Source of the DNA: Paraspadella gotoi
Taxonomy: Eukaryota; Animalia; Chaetognatha
DNA: 64,000 nucleotides
Direction of reading: 5' to 3'
Assembly (NCBI GenBank): GCA_051294375.1
Contig: CM119270.1
Span: 20,129,160 to 20,193,159, forward strand
Made by a program: the position numbers and the translations under genes. Positions within the stretch are counted from its first letter, which is position 1. The number at the start of each line of letters is the position of its first letter. Shown in pieces: positions 17,400-64,000 of the stretch. The notes beneath the pieces are model-generated. The model ran no database searches. It had not been told where the DNA came from and was given only the letters and a program-made list of their open reading frames with translations.

Positions 17400-20300
17400 G
17401 CGACGCTACGCCATCCCCCCCCCGTGGTCGATTCCAAAGCTGTTGCTCCTCAAAGACTGCATTTGTAGTCAATTTTTGTTCGACCATAATCTCTTCGCAT
17501 CGACGATGTGTTCGTTTTTTGCGAGTTGATGTTTAATTTCCGTTGTGGCGCCTACCGGTGACGGCCTTGTTTGTCTTAAAGGGATCCCAGGTGTAGAAGA
17601 TGTGGGTAACTTCCATAACCGCACACGGGATTCCTCCACCGAACTGCGATTACCTCCCATACGGGGGATTCCCCCACGGCGATTCCTCACCATGAGGAAT
17701 TATCCTATTTCTCCACACATGGAATTCCTCCCAAACGGGTTGATTCCTCCCCGCGGTTTCCCCCAAACGGAAAATTCCTGCCCAAAGGAAATTCCTCCCA
17801 CACTGGGGATTCCAGCCCCATTTAGGAATTCCATCCCCATATACATTCCTCCCAGCACGGGTGATTTCCGCCACCACAGGATTTCCTCCCCAAAGAATTC
17901 TCCCACGCGGGATTCCTTCCCACGCGGGATTTCCTCCGCATACGTGAATTCTCGTCCCTCTACACGGTGAATCCTCCCACGCGGGAATTCTCCCACACGG
18001 GATTGCCTCCACACGGGATTCCTCCCACAGTCGGTATGTCCTCCCACGCGGATTCCTCCCACACCTCGTCATTCCTCTCCACACGTGATTCTCCTCACAC
18101 GGTGTGGATTCTTCCACCGCGTGAGGATTCCATGCCCACACGGGATTCCTACCCACGCGGATTCCTCCCACACGGATTCCTCCCACGCGGGGTTCCTCCC
18201 ACGCGGCTAATATTCTTCCCACACGAGGATACTCCCACATTGGAGGATTCCTCCACCACACTGATTTCTCTCACACGCTGGTGTGTTCCTCCCACGGTGA
18301 TTCATTGATTGATGTATTGTTTAGATTGGACCGGAAATTTATTCTCAATGACAATAAATATGCAGTATGATCAAATCTGCCAAGTTGACCAAATCGTATG
18401 CCAGTTGACTTCAAATTAGCCTGTTGATCAATATTCTGCAAGTGGACCTAAAATTATGCCTGTGAGCCATAATTTATGTGCCAGTTGACTCATAATTATG
18501 CCATAATTGAACAAAAAAGATGCCAGTTGATCATATTTTCTGCAAGTTACACAAATTATTGCCAACGTTTGATACTCAAATTTAAATATTGCCACAGAGT
18601 TAGACCATAATTTCTGCAGAGTTGACAATATTATGCCTGTTGTTGGACAAAATTATGCCAGATTGACCATTATGCATGTTGTACCATAATTATGCGTTTT
18701 GATAAAATTATCCAGTTGACCAATTATGCCGGTTGACCAAATAATCGTTAATGACCAAATTTTCCATGAGCCAGCTGACAAAATTATGTTAGTTGATCCA
18801 AATTATTCTATTACATGGGGAAGTAATCTCCGTGTAGGAGGAAATCCCACATGGGAAGAATCCCACATGGGGAGGAATCCATGTGGGGATGAACCCGTGT
18901 GGTAGGAATCCCGCATGGGAGAATTCCGTTCCGTGGGAGGAATCCCAGTGTGGGAGGAACTCCCGCGGTGGGAGGAATTCGCGCGTGGAGGATCACGCTT
19001 TGAGAGGAATCCCGCGTGGGAGAATCCGCGTTATTGGGAGGTCAATCGCGCAGTGTGGAGGAATCCTGTGTGGGAGGAATTACCGCGTGGGAGGAATCCC
19101 GCGTGGGAGGATCCCGTGTAGGTGAGGAATCCCGCGTGGAGGAATCCCGCGTGGGAGACGCCCGTGTGAGGCAACTCCCGTCGTCGAGCAGGAATCCCCT
19201 GCTGTGGGAGGCTTATCCGCGTGGGAGGTAATTCCATGGTGGTAGGAATTCTTGGAAGGAAACCCCTGTGGGAGGAATCCCACGTGAGGAATTCCTTTGA
19301 GGAATCCCGTGTGGGGAGGAATTCCTGGCGAGGGGAAACCCTGTGGGAGCATAGCCAGTGGGAGGAATCCCTTGGGAGGAATCCCTTGGGAGGAAACCGT
19401 TGTTGGGAGGAATCGCGTGCTATGGAGCGAATCCCGCGGAGGAATCCTGTTGGAGAGGTAATAAATTCCAATGGAATACCGCACTAAAAACTAAAAAAAA
19501 ACAAAAAAGAATATCAATCACACTAAGTCGTACCAAATTAAAATAAGTCTGTGTTCTACAGTTTGATCACTGGGTACCGTTATTTAGTGCGAATGTAATA
19601 TACTACAGATTTAAAATATGATAGAAAAATAAGAAAATAGGAAAATGCAAGATGTTACTGGTTTTAAACCTATAAATAAATTCAAATTTAAAATAAATAA
19701 TTAAGTAAAAAATAATGCGTATTAAATGTTGTTCTTAGCTATACTCGTATTCTTATTACTGTATAAAAATATATATTAAACCTTTGTCTCTGTTCAATTT
19801 TGAGAGTTTTACATAATATATTTGTAATTTTTCCGCGTACTGTTTGATTTTATTTGACATTTTTTCTTATACTCATGTTTGTTATAACGTTTTTACTCTT
19901 TTTATCCGATCACCTCCGCCATTTGTTTGCCACGTCTCCCTTCAGCCTTCATCGATTCCACGAGTTCGGCTCGAAAGTGAAAATCGAGAGCAATTGTTAC
20001 AATCGAACAACTGCACGACTAAATACGGATGCGCTTGGAGATTGATGACGTGCCCCCCCCCGTGGTGATCCCAAGCTGTGCAAAGACTCATTGTGTCATT
20101 TGTTCGACCTAATCTCTTCGCATCGACGAAGTTCCGGTTTTTTCATTGATGTTAATCCTTGTGGCGCCAACGGTGACGGCCTTGTTTGTCTTAAAGGGAC
20201 CCAGTGATCAAACTGTAAACACAGACTTATTAATTACGCTTTAGTATGTGTTTTTTTTTATTTTTTTTTAGTTTTTAGTGCGTATAATACATATAAAATA

Positions 20301-20660
20301 TGATAGAAAATAGAAAATAGGAAAATGCAAGATTACTGGTTTAACTATAATAAATCAAATTTAAAATAAAATTAGAAAAAATTAATGGTATAAATTGTTT
20401 TTCTAGCTATACTCTATCTTATTACTGATAAAAATATATAAAACCTTTTGCTTTCAATTTGTTTACATATTATTTTTTCCCCACTGTTTTGTTAGTTGAC
20501 ATTTTTTCTTTCCATTTTGTTTGTTTACCAACTTTTCCCCACCTCCGCCATCTTGTTTGCCCACGTCTCCCTTCAGCCTCATCGATTCCACGAGTTTTCG
20601 GCGAAAGTGAAAATTCGACGTCAACGACTCACGACTTTACGATCGCGAGGAGATTTGATG
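17400..20660. repeat. Segmental duplication with an internal inversion
   Basis: 17415-17590 resembles 20053-20203, and 19585-20050 resembles 20275-20660. 19480-19577 is the reverse complement of about 20198-20282. Confidence 0.75.
17600..19480. mobile_element. Foldback-like element: inverted arms built of a ~16-17 bp satellite flanking a different ~19-20 bp satellite
   Basis: 17600-18300 is (attcctcccacgcggg)n. 18815-19460 is the reverse complement (ggaggaatcccgcgtg)n. The centre, 18370-18810, is (gttgaccaaaattatgcca)n. Confidence 0.55.
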
Positions 20661-21706
20661 ACGGGAAGTGGAGGAAAGGAAAGAGAAGGATGGAAAGGGG
20701 AGGATAAAGAGGAGAGGTGAGGAAAGGGGGAGAGAAGGAGAGGGGAGGAAAGTGGAGGAATGGAGAGGAAAGTGGAGAAAAAGAGGAGAGAAGGGGGAAG
20801 GGAAGGAAATGGAAGAAAAAGTGGACGAAAATGGAAGGAAAGGGAAAGGAAAAGGATGAAAATTGGAGGAAAGGGAAGGAAAGGGGAGGAATGGGGGAAT
20901 TAAATGAAATTCGAGGAAAGTAACCATGTAATGAAAAGTGAAAGAAAGGAAATAGAGAAAGTAAAAGAGAAAGAAGGACATTGGAAACATTACGATCTGG
21001 ATCGAAAGTTAATGGTTAATGGTTAAATGATGGCAGCAATTATAGATAATATTCGACGACGATGGGCGATATACCAAAGATGATGACGATAACGAAGCTA
21101 AAAACCGACGTCGACGAGAGACGAGAGACGGTGCTTTGACTCGCAATAGAAAACTGTAAAAGGGAGATCTAAAAGAGGAAGTGAAGGAAAGGAAAAACCA
21201 GGAGGAAAAGAGAAGGAAAGAGGGAGGAAAGAAAACAAATAAAAAGAGAATTAAGGAGTCAGAAGGAGGAAAAAAGGCGCCGACTAAAAGCAAGAAAAGA
21301 GAAAGAGAGAAAAAGAAAATAAGCTGGACAGAGGGAGGAAATGAGTTGGACGAAGAAAGGAAAGACGGCAGAATGTCGTAGAGACCAAAAGGACGTACTT
21401 TTTGGATTTGTCCTTCTCTCTTTGTCCACTTTTCTGTCTGGCTTTCTACAAATTTTATGATACTTTCTTTCTTTTTTTTACTTCCTATTTTCGTCTTGTC
21501 TTTCTTTCTTTCTTTCTCTTTTTCTTTCTTTCTTTATTTTTTTCTTTCTTCCTTTTTTAATATTTTTTTTTCCTTCCTTTTTTTTTTCATATTTTTTTCT
21601 TTTAAAACTCTTGTTACTGTCTCACAGATTCCAGACCTGAGGAACCAAGAATACTTCCATATCCATCTCATCAGAGAGAGAAAAAAAGAGAGAGAGAGAG
21701 AGAAAG

Positions 21707-21738
<32 letters not shown>

Positions 21739-21969
21739 TCACCCGATTCCGGGAAATAATGAAACGCAATCATTTATTCTACAGATGGAAATCATCACCA
21801 ATGAGAAAAAAAATGGAAAAAAATAGAAAAAAGGAAAAATTAGAAAAAAGAGAAAAAAGAGAAAAAAAGAAAAAAAATAATGGAAAGAATTTAATTATTT
21901 TTAAAATTATTCTCGAAGTATTTTATTAAAACATTCAATTATTAAGTTTCAAAAAATAAAACTTAGATA

Positions 21970-23032
21970 ATGGGGTTTTTTCTCAATTTTTTATGCCTAC
22001 ACTTTGCGCTGATGAAGGCTTACGTTAAAGCTGAAACATGTCCGAAATTTTGTTTCATTATAAAATTTGTTGTAAACAAACAAACAAACAAACAAACAAA
22101 CAAACAAACAAACAAACAAATTCCACTATAATTTTAAACAATCAAAAATAGCTAGCAAAAAATGATATAATTATAGTTTTTTTATGTTTATATGGGTTGT
22201 ACCAATTTCATAAGAAAGTTCATTGCACGAAACAATATTTATTTATTAGCGTACTATTTTGACACACAATTAATTACCTTTTGCCAAGAGTGTTAAAAAT
22301 AGTTTTCGATAGAAAATGTTTCTGATAATCATAAATGTATTCTAATTATAGNNNNNNNNNNCAAAAATAAGAAAAACCATAAAAAATCATCATCAGCATC
22401 ATCTTTCGATGATTTTATCAGTTTTTTTATATTTTCACTTAAAAAACGTAAGAATTTTTAAAAGCTGTAATTATATTTCTTGTTTAACTTTTTATGCTCT
22501 ATCAGAATTCATCAAACAATTTTAAGATTTAAAAAAAAATTTTTTTGCTCTATTTAGTAATATAATATTTTTAATTAGGCGAGTATTTTTGACAAAAAAT
22601 ATTTTAATACCATAATCTATGGTCATGATAGATTATTTTAATGCTGTATACATTAGCATTTTAATTTCATCGGCTATGGCTAATTATAGGGGTTTTTCTC
22701 AATTTTTTATGCCTACACTTTGCGCTTACGTTAAAGCCGAAACATGTCCGAAATTTTATTTCATTATAAAATTTGTTGTAAACAAACAAACAAATAAACA
22801 AACAAATTCCATTATAATTTTAAACAATCAAAAATAGCTAGCAAAAAAATGATATAATTATAGTTTTTTATGTTTATATTGGTTGTACTAATTTCATAAG
22901 AAAGTTCATTGCACAAAACAATATTTATTTATTAGCGTACTATTTTGACACACTATTACACTTTGCCAAGAGTGTTAAAAATAGTTTTCGATAGAAAATA
23001 TTTCTGATAATCATAAATGTACTCTAATTATA
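21970..23032. repeat. ~350-380 bp direct repeat on either side of a small gap
   Basis: 21972-22351 and 22689-23032 are near-identical (ggggttttttctcaattttttatgcctacac...ctaattatag) and differ in (AAAC)n length. The gap is at 22352-22361. Confidence 0.85.
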
Positions 23033-23280
23033 GAGCTTGCCGTCTCAGAAATTCTTGAATGGATTACTAAATGTAATTCAGGAAGGTCCAGGAAGTCAGA
23101 AATGATGGTAACAAAGAAAAAGTGTGAAAAAAGAGAGGGCGTGGTTGCTTCTTTATTTACCGTCTCTTTATATATTTTATATCGTCTATAACGTTTAAGT
23201 CTTCTCTACCGCATTTAAGTTGGCGTCGTTTTATATCGATTTCACTTCTGTTGGGCAATATTTCTTGCTGACGTGTTCAC

Positions 23281-23341
<61 letters not shown>

Positions 23342-23643
23342 ATTGAATAGATTCTATCTGCACCTGGAATGTTTTATCATTCTCTTAGGGCGACATTAGT
23401 TCAAGTGTTTTTACATATAAAAATTTTATGGTCCTACCTACAATTATAGACCGGTGAATAAAAGCTTCCTTATTGAACAGAACTTTACACTGTTCAAATT
23501 CCTCGGTTTGACATAAACATCGATATTCCTAAGTTTGACCTCGAATCCTATTTCCCCCCAACCTTTCCTCACTCAAACAAAAAATAAATAGACAGAATTA
23601 TACACACAGATTCGGTGCTATATAGCTAGGTGGAGTGAAGAGC

Positions 23644-23688
<45 letters not shown>

Positions 23689-24040
23689 GAGAGAGAGTTT
23701 TTCCAACACATTTCACCACCACCCCCTACCCAAATCTCGCTTTAATCACCCTCATTTCCTCTCCACACCCTTAACATCCACAAAAACCCAGAAAATCCCA
23801 AATCCAAATCAAAGTCGCAAATCCACAAAAGGTAAGGAGGTTAATTAAATTCCCAAATCGGCGCAATTCGCAATTTCGTAAAAAGCGGCGATCGAAATTA
23901 GGGCGTGGTCGCCGACGAATTGATGGCCGCCAAAACGAGAGCGGCCGACCCGTCACTCGCATCGCCCTGGCGTCGAGCGTGACCAATAGATTGACGGGCG
24001 CATGTTTTTCACGTAAGTGACAAGGCGTGACCAAGGCTTA

Positions 24041-24244
24041 ACGGACGCCACGTTTCCCCGACGTAACAAAGCGTGAAGTGCGTTACGTTTCTCCGACGCG
24101 ACAAGGCTTGACGGACGCCACGTTTTTCCGAAGTGACACGGCGTGTCGGGCGCCACGTTTCCCCGACGTAACAAAGCGTGACGTGCACTACGATTCCCCG
24201 ACGTGACATGGCTTGACGGGCGCCACGTTTTTCCGACGTGACAG
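24041..24244. repeat. CpG-rich 35-bp minisatellite, about 6 units
   Basis: Units start at 24041, 24076, 24111, 24146, 24181 and 24216. Consensus is about acgggcgccacgtttccccgacgtgacaaggcgtg. Confidence 0.9.
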
Positions 24245-24652
24245 AATCTTATTTCCGTTGAGTCCCCGGGAGAAGACCTTCGGGATCGGGCGTGTCAGCA
24301 GAGACGAGAAAGAGAAAAGATTGAACCGGGCGTCTCTATCTCTATCTTTTTGTCTCTCTACGTTTCTCTCTCTATATATATATGTCGCTCTCTCTCTCTC
24401 TGCTTTTCTTTCTTTTTTTCCACGCTTNNNNNNNNNNNNNNNNNNNNNNNNNNNNNNNNNNNNNNNNNNNNNNNNNNNNNNNNNNNNNNNNNNNNNNNNN
24501 NNNNNNNNNNNNNNNNNNNNNNNNNNNNNNNNNNNNNNNNNNNNNNNNNNNNNNNNNNNNNNNNNNNNNNNNNNNNNNNNNNNNNNNNNNNNNNNNNNNN
24601 NNNNNNNNNNNNNNNNNNNNNNNNNNNNNNNNNNNNNNNNTTTTTTTTGCAG

Positions 24653-59648
<34,996 letters not shown>

Positions 59649-59943
59649 GTGAGCGTGAAAGTGTGAGAGTGTGAGAGTGTGAGAGCGTGAGAGTGTGAGA
59701 GCGTGAGAGTGTGAGGTGTGAGGTGAGAGATGTGTGTGCTGTGTGGGTTGTGAGGTATGAGATATGGTCAGATCTGGTAAGTGTAAAGTGATTGTTTGAT
59801 TTGATTGATTGACGGATTGATGTGCAAATTCTTTAAGAATATTGAGGCTGTTTCCATTCGAAAAAATTGCTGCGATGAGATTAAATCGAATATTAAAATC
59901 AATCAATCAATCAATCTGGAAATAAATCAATAAATAAATAAAA

Positions 59944-60000
<57 letters not shown>

Positions 60001-60309
60001 TCAATCGGGCAATTGATTTATCAATCTTCGAAACGAGAAACTCTGGATCAAAAATCGAAAAACCGCAGACGGTTCAAGGACGACGACCTTAAGACGACGA
60101 CGACGACGACGACGACGAAGAGGAGGAGGAGGAGGAGGAGGAGGACGACGACGACGACGACCAGAAAGATGAAGGGGACAACAACAACGACAACGACTAC
60201 CACCCGAGAAGATTTATTTCGACGCTTCCGTCGAAGGGCGACAAAAGAGGGGGAATGAAAAAAAAGAGAGAGAGAAAGAAAGAGAGGGAGAAGAGAGAGA
60301 TGAGAGAGA

Positions 60310-60376
<67 letters not shown>

Positions 60377-61174
60377 GAAGAGAGAGAGAGAAGAGAGAAG
60401 AGAGAGAGAAACTATCCATTGTTCGTCTATTTTAAGAAAGTCACGTCTGTGAAAGTCAAACATTTTTTTTAAAGGACAAAATGCTTATCTATTTATATTT
60501 TTTTCACATTTATTCATTTATTTATTTATTTATTATTAATTTATTCATTTATTCATTTATTCATTATTTATTTATTTATTAGTTATTTTTTTTTTAATTT
60601 ATTTTTTATTTATTAATTATTTATTATTTATTTATTTATTTTTATTTTTTTATTTATTTATTTTACCTATTTTTTATTTTTTTATTTTTTATTTACTTTT
60701 TTATTTTTTAGTTAATTATTTTTTTTAGAAAATCGAGCTTTTGTTACGTTTAGAAACATTACGTTTGGGTTGAGTTTATTTATTGTTTATTTATTTGTTT
60801 GAGTAAAGAAAACTTGAGGATACACAAAGATGATGCTCTCACGAAACTAAGTGAGTGAACTGAGTGACATCGTCTACCTTTTTTCACATCAAATTCTTGA
60901 GTGGAAAATAGTGTTGAGAAAATTCGTGAGGAAATGGAGAGCGGCAAGAGAAAGTTTAAAAGAGGTTAATAGAAAAGATGCGAAAGATATTAATGGAGGA
61001 AAAAAATAAAAAAAATTCTTTAAAAAAATATAACAATGAGAACAAAAAGAAAAAGGACTAAAGAAAAAAAAGGGAGGAAAAAAGGAAAATAGAAAGAAAG
61101 AAAGGAAAAAATAAGGAAAAGGATTAAAGGAACAAAGGAAAAAATCTTAAAAGCATAAGATCGAGCCAGCTTTC

Positions 61175-61350
61175 GATGGTAACCAAATATTGATGCGATG
61201 ATAACCAAATATGATGCGATGATAACCAAATATTGAACGCGAGTATAACCAATAATTGATGCGATGATAACAAAATGACTGATGTGATGATATTCAAATG
61301 ATTGATGCGATGATAGTCATTCATTGATATGATGATAATCATTCATAGAT
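61175..61350. repeat. ~22-bp minisatellite (gatgcgatgataaccaaatatt)
   Basis: Several degenerate tandem units. Confidence 0.75.
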
Positions 61351-61456
61351 ACGATGATAGTCATTCATTGATGCGTTCATTCATTCATCGTAAAATAAAA
61401 CAAACAAATGCGTGTATGAGTGAAAGAGAGAGAGAGAGAGAGAATAGAGAGAGAGA

Positions 61457-61499
<43 letters not shown>

Positions 61500-61701
61500 G
61501 AGAGAGAGAGAGAGAGAGAGAAAGAGGCTCGACAGTTTTCCCGCCAACGAAAACGCTTATTATGTCTCTCTCGTTTATATAAAGAATAATCAGAATTTTT
61601 AGGAAAAAATCCCGAAAATCTCGGATGTAAATATTGGGATTTTGTATTGAGAAAAAAGCGCGGAATAAATGGCGATAATAAAAGTTTTTAGAAGGAAAAA
61701 A

Positions 61702-61782
<81 letters not shown>

Positions 61783-62008
61783 ATTGTTCTTTTTTTAGGA
61801 AGAAACCAGACCGAGGTCAAATTTAATATTTGCATATTTAATTAATTTATAAATAGTTATCACAACTCAAATAATTATTATTTAAAAAAAAGATATAAAT
61901 GATTAAATATATACAATAAAAATATTTATAAATTTAATAATAGTACAAATTATCAGAATAACAAAAAAATAATGTTTTAATTGACTATATCTCTCTTATC
62001 AACTCTCT

Positions 62009-62054
<46 letters not shown>

Positions 62055-62129
62055 TCACTTCCTCTCTCTCTGTCTCTCTCTCTCTTTCTCTCTCTCTCTT
62101 TCTCTCTCTCTCAAATAAGAAAAAAGGAC

Positions 62130-62225
62130 TGAAGGACAATGGATAGACATACAGACTGAGCGACTCTACCAACCGTCCGACCGTGACGACCGACCTAAAA
62201 GTGAGTACTCGCGGCGCAACTAATA
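62130..62225 (-). mobile_element. Short degenerate copy of the element seen at 1-62
   Basis: 'gaccgacctaaaagtgagtactcgcggcgcaactaa' matches 'accgaccgaaaagtga...actcgcggtgcaactaa' with an internal deletion. Confidence 0.5.
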
Positions 62226-63834
62226 ATAAAAATCTAAATCTAAATCTTCCCTCCTCCCCCCCCAAGCCAATTTCTCACCCACGCCTCCCTTATCTCTCAA
62301 TCTCGAATCCTAAATCCTAAAACGAAATTCAATTTCAAATTCGCGTCGTGGGATTTCCTCAGTTTGAGTTGTTTACGCCTTTGCCTTTTTTGCCTTTTTT
62401 TCCCTTTTTTCCTCAAATTTTCTCTCTTTTGTTTTTCTTGCTTCTTTCTTTTTTTTTCCTTTCCTCCTTCGTTTCTTGCTTTACTTCTTACCCGTATGCT
62501 CTCTCACAGCGCTCGTTTATTCACTCCTGCTTGTTTCAATTGAAAAGTACCACGCCCTTAAATATCACATCATTACAATATATTTTACAAATCCAAAGAC
62601 AATTTAAAATTTTATAATAATTTCTTTGGGCGAAACAAAGTTGGTGCGAATTTTGGCTTCAATGCGATTTTTTTTTCTTCTCATAATGAGAAAAAAAATG
62701 ATTAAAATCTGTATGTAAAAAAAATGATTAATGGAGAACGGAAGGCTTGCAAGGAAAAGAGAAGAGGAAGAGAAGAGAGAGAGAGAGAGAGAGAGAGAAG
62801 AGAAGAGAGAGAGAGAGAGAGAATGATGAAGGCAGGTATGAAAAAAGAACCAGAGATAAAACGAATGACAAAAAAAAAAAAAAAAAAAAATCAAAAAACT
62901 GAATTCCGTTTGATATGAAAGATTAAAAAGCTTCTTCCATCTGAAAAAACTGACTACAACAAAAAAAATCTTTCAAACTTTAAAGTTCACTCCACCAAAA
63001 CTCCTTTATAATTAAAGCTCATTCAACAAAGTAGTAGGTCTCACAACTGCTCATATCCCGAAAAAAATGATAAATATATTATGCAAGTTAGACGTAACAC
63101 AAAACTAGGAAATTCTGACGATGATAAAAAGGCTCTTTATGAAAGTGAAAGCATGAGTCTCTACTTAGTGACCTGATTGAAGTAAAGAAAACAACGAACT
63201 CTGTAAAAACAGTTAAAACAGTGAAAATCACTGAAAAATCGCAGAACAAAACAAAATGCGTTTTAATGACGTTAGTCCAATTCATATTTGATGACAACAT
63301 TTATCTATAATTCAAAGCAATTCTTTTATAATTATTCTTTTAGTTAAATTTCGAATTAAGATTAAACTAAATCTGATTAATATTTAATGCTGATCGTTTA
63401 TTCATATAAGGGAAGAAGATGAATAACTTCAAAGCGTCTTGGGAATAATTATATTTATTTATTTATTATTTATTATTATTAATTTATTATATTATAATCT
63501 CTCTCCTTNNNNNNNNNNNNNNNNNNNNNNNNNGAATCTACGACGCATCTGTTCCGTTTGTTTTTCCTCCTTAAGACTACCTCCTTCCTCCCCCCACCTT
63601 CCCCTCTTTTCCCCCCATCCTGCCCCCTTTCCTCCCTGTTCCTTCCCCTCTTCTCCTCTTCTAGCAATCTTCTTCCCACCTCCCCTTTTCCTCCCCTCTT
63701 CCTCCCCTTTTTCTTCCCCTTTCCTCCCTCTTCATCCACCTCTTCTCTTTCCTCCTCCTCTTCCTCCCCCTCTTCCTCCCCTTCCTATATCCCCCCTTCT
63801 TCCTCCCCCCTTCCCTCTTCTCTCCTCCTCTTCC

Positions 63835-64000
63835 TCCCTCATCTTCCTCCCCTCCTCTTCCCCCCTCTTTCCTCCCCTCTCTTCCTCTCCTTCCACCTCC
63901 GTTCATCCAAAGGGAAACGAGATTTTTTTTTTTCCGGCGACAAAAGACGAGGAATGAAAAATTAGAAATCAACGCGATTTTAATATTTAAAAAATTTTTT
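63835..64000 (+). repeat. Direct copy of 57134-57300, each following an N gap
   Basis: Both share ttcatccaaagggaaacgagattttttttccggcgacaaaagacgaggaatgaaaaattagaaatcaacgcg. Confidence 0.9.

Noticed and set aside
17545-19487. Long Gly/Pro/Arg-rich ORFs
   Set aside because: They arise from a stop-poor satellite that is open in many frames on both strands.
21628-21675. Exon-like stretch after a long polypyrimidine tract (IPDLRNQEYFHIHLI)
   Set aside because: No donor site and no similarity to the copine N-terminus.
24041-24244. 35-bp regular repeats as a CRISPR array
   Set aside because: Units abut with no unique spacers, no cas genes are present, and the context is eukaryotic.

Overview
Eukaryotic, probably invertebrate animal, draft-genome DNA. 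It is rich in simple repeats, has many N gaps and contains stretches with raw long-read-type indel errors. Essentially none of the supplied ORFs is a real gene. The main real feature is a multi-exon copine (CPNE, C2A-C2B-vWA) gene on the + strand, with exons read by eye from 24653 to 59648; its first coding exon and C-terminal exons were not found. One intron holds a decayed BEL/Pao LTR retrotransposon (~25.8-33.7 kb). Another holds an antisense, apparently intronless, frameshifted remnant of a UvrD/Rep-type SF1A helicase (~55.7-56.5 kb), the most unexpected signal here. Also present are DINE-1/HINE-like non-autonomous elements with GTCY microsatellites, a foldback-like satellite element, a 35-bp minisatellite and a possible duplicated copine exon. 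Several large direct and inverted duplications next to gaps (1.3-3.3, 6-14.5, 38.6-55, 63.8-64 kb) are most likely assembly artefacts. I found no convincing new biological system; the helicase remnant is the best lead.
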